From Chamaesiphon sp. (GTDB lineage: Bacteria; Cyanobacteriota; Cyanobacteriia; Cyanobacteriales; Chamaesiphonaceae), in the NCBI GenBank assembly GCA_965246715.1, contig CBDFFH010000049.1, positions 64,001 through 128,000 of the forward strand: a stretch of 64,000 nt of DNA, in the 5' to 3' direction. Shown piece after piece: positions 45,813 to 53,412 of the stretch. The notes under the pieces are model-generated. The model searched no databases and had not been told where the DNA came from. It saw only the letters and a list, made by a program, of their open reading frames with translations. The position numbers were made by a program, and so were the translations under genes. Every line of letters starts with the position of its first letter. The stretch's first letter is position 1.

Positions 45813-45862
45813 GAATTATGAATTACTTGTACTGAGCGTAGTCGAAGGATGAATTATGAATT
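45813..45862. repeat. (GAATTAT)n heptamer array interrupted by a 24-bp CTGAGCGTAGTCGAAG-type dispersed repeat
   Basis: Removing 45826-45849 restores the heptamer tandem; similar heptamers near 11762-11777. Confidence 0.6.
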
Positions 45863-46003
45863 CCGATGTCAGCAGTCGGTAGCAATGGGTGCAATTAATT
45901 AAACTATTTTAACGTGAGTTATTACAATGATGTGGAGCTGCGTCAATGATAAGACACACAATGCCTGCTGAAGCTTTGATTGGCAACGAACCGGAGCGAG
46001 AAT

Positions 46004-46618
46004 TTAGTTTTTGTTACCGAGCGAGCCACTATAACCAGTCGTCAACCAGATTAGCGATCTCACCCCATCTCTAACGGTTTTTTGCAGTGGTTCTACGGAT
46101 CTGGTAGTAGTAATCGTCAGGGGTTTGACTTTGATCCCTCTACTCCCAAAAACGATCTCGCCAATCGTTCTGGCTCGCCGGATGTGATCGTCAGAGGTGA
46201 CTAGATAGACACTAGTAATCCCTCTAGCTTCAAATCGATCGACCATAGTTGTAAAATTGGTGACCGTATCGCTGGCTTGATAATCTAGATGTAAGTTGTT
46301 TGGGTCGATCCCAAGTTTGTGAAAAACTCGTCTGGTATAATTTGGTGGCGAGCCACTAGAAATCCAGACGGGGAGATTGGGGTGTGCGACGGCAAATTTG
46401 GCAGCAAATATTTCACGCTCTTCTTCACCACCCAAGACAAAAATTACCTGGGGTTGCAGCCAGGTATTCTCGACTTCGCGGTAGCCCATCCAGGCAATCG
46501 GTGCGAGCGGTAGGGACATTGGTAAGAGTAACTTTAACAACCGCCACCGATGACGGCGAGCGCGTTTTTTGGAGGTAGAAGCTGAATGCGATCGGAGAAA
46601 GGAGCGGGGATGCGCCAT
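46004..46618 (-). CDS. YdcF/DUF218 family protein
   Basis: VLGG, DTVTNF, LVTSDDHIRRA. Confidence 0.85.
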   Translation of the reverse strand: MAHPRSFLRSHSASTSKKRARRHRWRLLKLLLPMSLPLAPIAWMGYREVENTWLQPQVIFVLGGEEEREIFAAKFAVAHPNLPVWISSGSPPNYTRRVFHKLGIDPNNLHLDYQASDTVTNFTTMVDRFEARGITSVYLVTSDDHIRRARTIGEIVFGSRGIKVKPLTITTTRSVEPLQKTVRDGVRSLIWLTTGYSGSLGNKN

Positions 46619-46711
46619 GCTACAAGGAGCTTGGGGGTAAAGTAGAAGCTAAGTAGCTCCTGGTAAATGATAGCCCAAAGTTACCTCGATCGTTCGATTC
46701 AAAAGAACTAA

Positions 46712-46785
46712 TGGGACTGGCGGGAATCGAACCCACGGCCTATCGCTTAGGAGGCGATCGCTCTATCCTACTGAGCTACAGCCCC
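46712..46785 (-). tRNA. tRNA-Arg(CCU)
   Basis: GGGGCTGTAGCTCAGTAGGATAGAGCGATCGC-CTCCTAA-GCGATAGGCCGTGGGTTCGATTCCCGCCAGTCCCA. Confidence 0.95.
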
Positions 46786-46863
46786 AAACCGCAGTTTATT
46801 TTAGCAGATTAGTGACGATCGATCGGGATACATTACTTAATCGAGCGCCACTAGGCAAACTAG

Positions 46864-47433
46864 TTAAAACATCTTACTGATAATATTCCCAATATCTTCC
46901 ATCACATTACCATCACCATCGGCATCGATCGCCTTCGCAGCCATGCCTAGCAGGTCGTTGTCGCCGTTATTAGCGCCCAACATTTGGGAGATGCCATTAG
47001 AGTCTAAACCGCCTTGTTCCTGACTGGTTTTACCGATCGCACCCATCACCAATGGCGTGAGGATACCGAGTAGTTGCGCTGCTGCGCCGCTATCGAGTCC
47101 AGTATTTTGGGAGATCGCATTTGCCATGGCATTATGCGTACTACCACCTAAAACTTGCCCGAGCAATGCACTCCCGATGCCGCCAGCACCGGCATTGCAG
47201 ACAAAATTCATGACATTGTTCAAAATCGAGCCATCGTTTGCTTGCGCGACTTGCTGGATTTGGTCTGCACCTTCTGGAGTGGTGGCATGGTTGCCCATCG
47301 CCCCTACTAGTAGGGGTAAAGCCATACTTACCGCCGACTGAGTAGTATTTTGGTCGGCACCGATTTGTTGGCTGATTTGTTGCATGACTGGGCCGCCGAG
47401 TTGACTGGCGAGCATGCCGATTAATGGATTCAT
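46864..47433 (-). CDS. DUF937-like protein
   Basis: QISQQIGAD...ALPLLVGAM, GSALLGQVLG, C-terminal DADGDGNVMED. Confidence 0.8.
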   Translation of the reverse strand: MNPLIGMLASQLGGPVMQQISQQIGADQNTTQSAVSMALPLLVGAMGNHATTPEGADQIQQVAQANDGSILNNVMNFVCNAGAGGIGSALLGQVLGGSTHNAMANAISQNTGLDSGAAAQLLGILTPLVMGAIGKTSQEQGGLDSNGISQMLGANNGDNDLLGMAAKAIDADGDGNVMEDIGNIISKMF

Positions 47434-47627
47434 AACAATTTTTACTCCAGATGCGCGAGATAATTACCGATCGAGATTGAATTCACAGGCTGGCGTGTCA
47501 AACACTACAGTTTATACAATTCTTTCGCCAATCTGTAAAGATTGCGCTACATTTATTTAACTCTTCCAAATAATTATCGGATTTAGTTGAATAATTTAGT
47601 AAAGATCGTCTTCTGGCTCGACTGGCT

Positions 47628-48353
47628 GTGAAAAAAATTTGGATTTATCCCATTGCTGCAAGTTTATTATCGGTATCCACAGCTTGCAAGCTACCATCTC
47701 TCGATAACTTCCCCAAACCGCAACAATCTCAGCCAACCGCATCCGCACCAGTGTCCAAGCCCAAAAAAACCGTGAAAGCTACCCCCTCACCTGGGTTTTC
47801 ACAGATCGAACGAGACATTATTACCGAAATGAATCTCGCCAGATCCAATCCCCCCGCTTATCGTCAGGTAATGTTGGCATGGCGCGGTAAATTTGAAGGT
47901 AAAAGAGTGCGCTTGAGCGATCGATTATACCTCCAGACTCAAGAAGGTACTCCCGCGATCGATGAAGCGATAAAGTTCTTACAAAAAACGCGACCTGTCG
48001 GCAAGCTAACCTACTCCAAAGGCTTGAGTCTAGCCGCGCGCGACCACGTTCGCGACCAAGGCTCTAGAGGCGCGACGGGGCATAATAGCAGCAATGGCAA
48101 TACGCCATTCCAACGGATGGAACGCTATGGAAAGTGGCAACAGATCGCTGGTGAAAATATTGCTTATGGCCCGAACACGGCCCGAGCAGTCGTGCGCGAT
48201 CTGATTATCGATGATGGTGTCGCCGATCGCGGCCATCGCACGAATATGTTTCAACCGCAATTTCGCGTGACGGGTGTTTCCTGTGGTTATCACCGACAGT
48301 ATCGGGTGATGTGCGATATTAAGTATGCTGGCGGATTTCGCGATCGTCGCTAG
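47628..48353 (+). CDS. CAP/SCP domain lipoprotein
   Basis: Lipobox-like STAC; AARDH, GENIAYG, LIIDDGVADRGHRTN. Confidence 0.88.
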   Translation: MKKIWIYPIAASLLSVSTACKLPSLDNFPKPQQSQPTASAPVSKPKKTVKATPSPGFSQIERDIITEMNLARSNPPAYRQVMLAWRGKFEGKRVRLSDRLYLQTQEGTPAIDEAIKFLQKTRPVGKLTYSKGLSLAARDHVRDQGSRGATGHNSSNGNTPFQRMERYGKWQQIAGENIAYGPNTARAVVRDLIIDDGVADRGHRTNMFQPQFRVTGVSCGYHRQYRVMCDIKYAGGFRDRR

Positions 48354-48364
48354 TTACTAATTCA

Positions 48365-48776
48365 GCGTGAGTTAGGGTGAAGAGATCTTTACTGCAAAAA
48401 TTACTGGTGTGGTAGAACCCGGATCTGGGGGAGGCCTCCCCCAGACCCCCCGTTGAGGAGCGGGGTGCCGCCCCTCAAACTCCCCTGCACAAGGGTTGGT
48501 TTATGGGTAGCGTAGCGCGCTTCGCATTAGCTTCGCACTGTGGGTCGATCTGTGGGTTGGGGTTGATTGGTCGGGGACGGTTCCGAAACGAGGCCAGGAG
48601 TTATTAATCGGAAATCGACGTTGCTGAATTGAGGTATGATTCGCCCTCACTCCGCCCTCGCCTCCGGCTCTGGCTCCCCTCTCCCAAGCTTGGGAGAGGG
48701 GCTGGGGGTGAGGGCAAAATCTACGCTTCATACCTGAATTCAGCAACGCCGGGAAATCCTTACCCCGAACTAACGT
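48365..48776. repeat. Compound repeat cluster bounded by degenerate (A/G)CGTGAGTT...GAACTAACGT ends
   Basis: Ends resemble 62751-62923 element; contains GGGGGAGGCCTCCCCC hairpin near 48427-48442 and the 48617-48750 element. Confidence 0.6.
48617..48750. mobile_element. MITE-like element with 23-bp inverted ends and CCCCTCTCCCAAGCTTGGGAGAGGGG palindrome
   Basis: GACGTTGCTGAATTGAGGTATGA / TCATACCTGAATTCAGCAACGCC; flanks CGGAAATC / GGGAAATC (7 of 8 match). Confidence 0.82.
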
Positions 48777-48782
48777 TAAAAC

Positions 48783-48812
48783 CAGCCACTAGCCACTAGT
48801 CACTGGCCACTA
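48783..48812. repeat. Short tandem heptamer repeat (TAGCCAC)n, STRR-like
   Basis: CAGCCACTAGCCACTAGTCACTGGCCACTA; similar runs near 10055-10072 and 62927-62939. Confidence 0.6.
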
Positions 48813-48853
48813 AATCACGAGTAACTTTGTGTTGATGCAAGATATGAGAATGC

Positions 48854-49585
48854 TTATTTCTGCTTGACTTCAGACTCAACTGCGCGAATCATTTCCATTG
48901 CACTCTGATATTTAGCCAAATCGCCACTCGCCTTAAATAAACCTGCCGCGCGATTGAGATCGGCGATGGCTTTGGCACGATGACCCGCACGTTCGTGGGC
49001 GATGCCGCGATTGAGATAAGCTAGGGCATAATTGGGTTTGAGTGCGATCGCCCGATCGAAATCGACCAGCGCAGCAGCACTATTGCCCAGATCGTCGAGA
49101 TTGTTACCTCGATTCATATAGGCAGCGGCATATTGAGGATCGATCGCAATGGCAGCGGTATAATCGGCGATCGCTGCTGTAGTTTTACCAGTTTTCGCTA
49201 GAGTAGTGCCGCGATTGTAATAAGCATGGGCGGATTTGGGATCGAGCGTAATTGCTTTGCTAAAATCGGCCACTGCACCAGGCAGATCGCGAATGGCATC
49301 TTTCGTATTGCCTCGTTCGATGTAAGCTTGAATGTATTGGGGGTCGAGTTCGATCGCCCGATCGAAGCTGACGATCGCTTGTGTCAAATTTCCGGCTGCG
49401 ACCGAACTCAATCCTTGCTGGTATTGACTTAGCGCGTTAACGGCCTTAATTTTTCCGGTACCGATCGGCTCATTGGTTATCAGCGTTACTGCCTGAGTTG
49501 GCTGCGACTGGAAGCAGATCGCAGCGATCGATCCCACCACGATCGAGCGCATTGTTATATTTAGATGTTGCCGCATACCACTCAT
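48854..49585 (-). CDS. Tetratricopeptide repeat protein with signal peptide
   Basis: Repeated AY.NRG...A.AD...AI.LDP 34-aa units. Confidence 0.9.
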   Translation of the reverse strand: MSGMRQHLNITMRSIVVGSIAAICFQSQPTQAVTLITNEPIGTGKIKAVNALSQYQQGLSSVAAGNLTQAIVSFDRAIELDPQYIQAYIERGNTKDAIRDLPGAVADFSKAITLDPKSAHAYYNRGTTLAKTGKTTAAIADYTAAIAIDPQYAAAYMNRGNNLDDLGNSAAALVDFDRAIALKPNYALAYLNRGIAHERAGHRAKAIADLNRAAGLFKASGDLAKYQSAMEMIRAVESEVKQK

Positions 49586-49826
49586 CCCTACCCATCTGGT
49601 TAATCGTCCTCATCTTTAGAATGCCTTCTCAATCGCCTAAAGGTATCGGTACAAAAGCATAAAAATTGTAAAGATAATAGTTTCTATTTGCGATTAATGA
49701 CCGATCTCTGGCTCCAGCTCAAGTTTACAGCCGCCGCAGCACTCTAGCGGGGATCGCGATCTTTGCCTATTGAGGTCGCGATCGATGATAATTAAGTATT
49801 GTTAACCACATTTCATGTAAAGCCCG

Positions 49827-50549
49827 GTGAATAACCAGAGTACTGTCTCCGATACCAAGCGCAATTTCTACTCTCAACATACTCGCCCGATCAATTCGAT
49901 TTATCGGCGGGTGGTAGAAGAATTAATGGTAGAAATGCACTTACTTTCTACCAATGTTGATTTTGCCTACAATCCGATTTATGCGCTGGGTGTAGTCAGC
50001 AGCTTCGATCGGTTTATGGCAAGTTATCGTCCCGAAGGCGATAAGCAATCGATCTTTGTCGCACTCACGCAATCGATGGGTGGCGATGCTCAGAAATACC
50101 GTGATGATGCCGCTGCCGTCCAAGAGTTTGCTCGGAGTATGCAGGAGCAGGATATCGTGCAGTGGCTGAGCGAGCCGACTAGCGATGGCATGGGAGCGCA
50201 AATCGCCGATCTCCTCAAAACGATCGCCAGCAATCCTAAATTTAAATACAGTCGCCTCTTCGGGATCGGGATATTTACTATTCTCGAACAAGCTGCTCCA
50301 GATTTACTCAAAGATGAGAAAAAACGGGAAGCGGCGATTTTACAAATCGGGACAGCACTGAACTTGCCTACGGATAAGGTGCAAAAGGATCTCGATACCT
50401 ATCGGAGCAACTTGGATAAACTCGTCCAAATGGAAGCAGTCATGGCCGATCTAGCAGAAGCAGAGCGCAAAAAACGCGAGCAACGCGCACAAGAGAAAGT
50501 CACTGCTGCCGCAAACGCTGCACCCACAGCTACTTCTACTGAAGTCTAA
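49827..50549 (+). CDS. psb29: Photosystem II biogenesis protein Psb29/Thf1
   Basis: TVSDTKRNFY..HTRPINSIYRRVVEELMVEMHLLS; FKYSRLF. Confidence 0.94.
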   Translation: MNNQSTVSDTKRNFYSQHTRPINSIYRRVVEELMVEMHLLSTNVDFAYNPIYALGVVSSFDRFMASYRPEGDKQSIFVALTQSMGGDAQKYRDDAAAVQEFARSMQEQDIVQWLSEPTSDGMGAQIADLLKTIASNPKFKYSRLFGIGIFTILEQAAPDLLKDEKKREAAILQIGTALNLPTDKVQKDLDTYRSNLDKLVQMEAVMADLAEAERKKREQRAQEKVTAAANAAPTATSTEV

Positions 50550-50621
50550 TGCAGACTGGATTCGCCCGTGGCTCGATCGCGGGCTATAGGGCTAGCCCAA
50601 ACAAAATGTCTTTGAGTGGAC

Positions 50622-51458
50622 TCAGGAGTTCATTCGATCGGGCGAAGTTGGCTTAGTTCTAAGTGTCTCCATCCACGGTAAAAATAGCTCCTGCAACTCG
50701 GTGCGACTGACAATTAAACTCGGTAGCGCATAATTTTCATAATCTCGACCTGCGATCGCTGGAAAAGTCGGTTCGTCGCGTAACGATACCCACACCCCTC
50801 CAGCCGCATGGAGGATCGCCCAGACTGCGGCCACATCCCAGATTTTAGGAGTAGCTTCGACTCCGCCCAAGCTCGCGCCAGCTGCCACTGCCAAGAAATT
50901 GTAGGTAGCCACCCCGAGCATCCGAATCTTACACGGAAATCCCGGTTTCCAGACCTGAATGCTGCGCGCGCACAAACTAAAGAACTGATTGCTCCCTGGC
51001 TCGTCCTGACTGACATGAATCGATCGATCGTTCAAATACGCTCCCGTCGGTAGATCTAAGCCAGAATTTCCCGCCCAATAGCCGTGAAAAGCCTGGTTTA
51101 TCGGTGGGAAATATACATAGCCAAATACAGGCTCACCATAGTAGAGTAACCCGATCGAAATTCCCCACAATGGAATCCCCCGCGTAAAATTTGTCGTGCC
51201 ATCGAGCGGATCGATAATCCATGTCCATTGGGCATCGGTGAAGCGGTGTTCGGCTTCCTCGCTAAGGATCGCATGTTCGGGAAAAGCAGCGGCAATACTC
51301 GATCGAATTTCGGCATCCGCCCAGCGATCCGACTCGGTTACTAGACTACCATCGGCTTTTTCCAATCCCTGAACGCGGCCAAAGTCTAACAGTAATCGGG
51401 CACCTACTCGCTGAGCAGTAGTGCTGGCAACTTCTAAGATCCGATCGGCAAATTCCAT
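50622..51458 (-). CDS. Inositol monophosphatase family protein
   Basis: SLVTESD, WIIDPLDGTTNF, WDVAA. Confidence 0.92.
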   Translation of the reverse strand: MEFADRILEVASTTAQRVGARLLLDFGRVQGLEKADGSLVTESDRWADAEIRSSIAAAFPEHAILSEEAEHRFTDAQWTWIIDPLDGTTNFTRGIPLWGISIGLLYYGEPVFGYVYFPPINQAFHGYWAGNSGLDLPTGAYLNDRSIHVSQDEPGSNQFFSLCARSIQVWKPGFPCKIRMLGVATYNFLAVAAGASLGGVEATPKIWDVAAVWAILHAAGGVWVSLRDEPTFPAIAGRDYENYALPSLIVSRTELQELFLPWMETLRTKPTSPDRMNS

Positions 51459-52121
51459 AAGCTTGGCGATTGATAATGTGGATGGGCAAACTCACAATGC
51501 ATGTAATACGTAATTTTTAATATAGCCGATCGGCTGAACTTATCTAAGATCGGCAGTAAGTTTGAAATATAAGTTACATACTTAGCTGAAATCACGTAAG
51601 TATACGCGTAGCTAGCTCAGCCATGTAGCTTGAACTGCTATACACTTGTTGTCAAAACACAAGCACAGACGTAAGATACAAGTGGCTACAAAACAGCAAA
51701 CAGCTCGGTACGAACATTTTTAATAGTTCGCACGCTCAAGTAAACACTTTGGAAATAGCACAGTAATAAATAGAATCCAGATTGAAGTGACTTTCTTTGT
51801 AATACGATGCTTCGGCATTCGATAGTCTCGGAAGATCGATTGGGCGCAGCCAACCATATTTAGCTTCGTACCATTTCAATGGAATTATTTAACACTGTAC
51901 TCGTTACAGGGTGTGGTTTTTTGTAGCTAAATTGTTAAAAGGAAACCCGCTAACTCGATGGTTGATTGTGACAGCAACCAGTTCGGCTGACTCAGATCCG
52001 ATTGTCGATCGAGTTAGTGCTCTACTGCTATCGCAAATAGATAGTCGCTAGTTAACGAGCTAAAAAGTAAAAACACCAGATCATTATACACTAATCGATC
52101 CCAATTAGAAATAAAACAATC

Positions 52122-53204
52122 ATGAAATTATCTAGTAAAATCGCACTCGCGCTCTTAACTGGTGGTACTGCAGCTACTGTCGGATATCCGATGGTTGCTT
52201 CGGCTCTCCCAGCAACTGGCTCTACTGCTGCTGCCGTATCGATCAAATTCCAAGATACTGGTGCTACCGTCGGTAACGCTACCCTCAATCCTGGTGGTAC
52301 TACCAATGCAAATGGTAACAACGGCGTAAAAGAACTCTCTGCCGCTGTCGCTACGGGCGAATCTAATGCTAAGGCTAGCTCTAGCAGTGGTAGCAGCACC
52401 TCCGTCATCGTAGGCACTGCATTAGTAGGCACTAATACAGTAGGTACTAGTGCTACGGCTGAAGGGATCAGTGCGCCAGTAACATTCAAATACACCAATA
52501 CCAGCGATGTATCGAATGTCCGCAACTTCTCTGAGGAGCGGAACAATAACCAAGACACCTTAGCGACTTCTAAAGATACGTTAGCTAGCGTCAAAAACAC
52601 TTCGTTTGACTCGGATGTACGTTCTGACAAGAAAACAGGCGACCTAGCAACAGTTAATAACAGCACCACTAAAGGCACGACTTTTGAAGATGGCAAAGCA
52701 ACCAACAATCCTGGGTCTCTAGTTACAACAGACAAAACTGGTACTACTAGTACTGGTACTGGTGCTGCTACTGGTTCTGGTGCGAGTGGAAGTGCTACTA
52801 CCACTAAAGATGGTAGCCTCGCTGCTACTGGTGCTTCGACTACAAAAGATTCGATCGCAACCAATGTAAATAATGCAACCGCGCTAACGAATAACTCCAC
52901 TAGCGAGAAAACCTCAAATCAGCAGGTGGTTAGCAATATCAACAACTCTAATTCTAAATCTTCTACAACAGATAATACAGCTACTAACACTCGGACTGAT
53001 AAGACTTCATCTGATGTAGCTTCTAACGTTCAGAAGAGCGGTAGTAACGACAATCTCACTACTGGGAAAGATACCAATAACACAACTAAGTCGGTTGTTA
53101 ATAGTAAAGTCATCGACAACACTGATAACAAAACTAAAACCGGTGTCGTCTACGATTACCAAGGTTCCTCGGCTGGTTTGAGCTACATCCCCATCCTCAA
53201 ATAG
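52122..53204 (+). CDS. Secreted low-complexity Thr/Asn/Ser/Gly-rich protein
   Basis: Sec-type signal ending ASA; no Cys, Trp or His; codons rich in GGT/ACT/GCT/TCT. Confidence 0.85.
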   Translation: MKLSSKIALALLTGGTAATVGYPMVASALPATGSTAAAVSIKFQDTGATVGNATLNPGGTTNANGNNGVKELSAAVATGESNAKASSSSGSSTSVIVGTALVGTNTVGTSATAEGISAPVTFKYTNTSDVSNVRNFSEERNNNQDTLATSKDTLASVKNTSFDSDVRSDKKTGDLATVNNSTTKGTTFEDGKATNNPGSLVTTDKTGTTSTGTGAATGSGASGSATTTKDGSLAATGASTTKDSIATNVNNATALTNNSTSEKTSNQQVVSNINNSNSKSSTTDNTATNTRTDKTSSDVASNVQKSGSNDNLTTGKDTNNTTKSVVNSKVIDNTDNKTKTGVVYDYQGSSAGLSYIPILK

Positions 53205-53215
53205 TAACTAACGAC

Positions 53216-53339
53216 AGGTCGATCGATTCACTTCCTAGAGATTGGGTAGATCGACCTCATCTTGATTTAATTAAAAACTTATCCATCTCTAGATTTGGTG
53301 CGATGTAGCTCATGCTGACCGAACCTGCTAGGATGGATA
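53216..53339 (+). terminator. Two intergenic stem-loops between the secreted protein and beta-barrel genes
   Basis: AGGTCGATC / GATCGACCT (53216-53257) and TATCCATC / GATGGATA (53280-53339). Confidence 0.5.
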
Positions 53340-53412
53340 TTTTTGTCACGGATCGATCGGCGAAGCTGGCACGTCGTCTAGCGACGAGCGCCTGAGAAAA
53401 ATTTTAATAATT

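Noticed and set aside
48501..48746. 81-aa ORF
   Set aside because: Translates through MITE/REP palindromes (PHPQPLSQAWERG is the palindrome itself)
52091..52900. 269-aa antisense ORF
   Set aside because: Mirror of the biased codons of the Thr/Asn/Ser-rich gene; Val/Leu-rich with no independent signals
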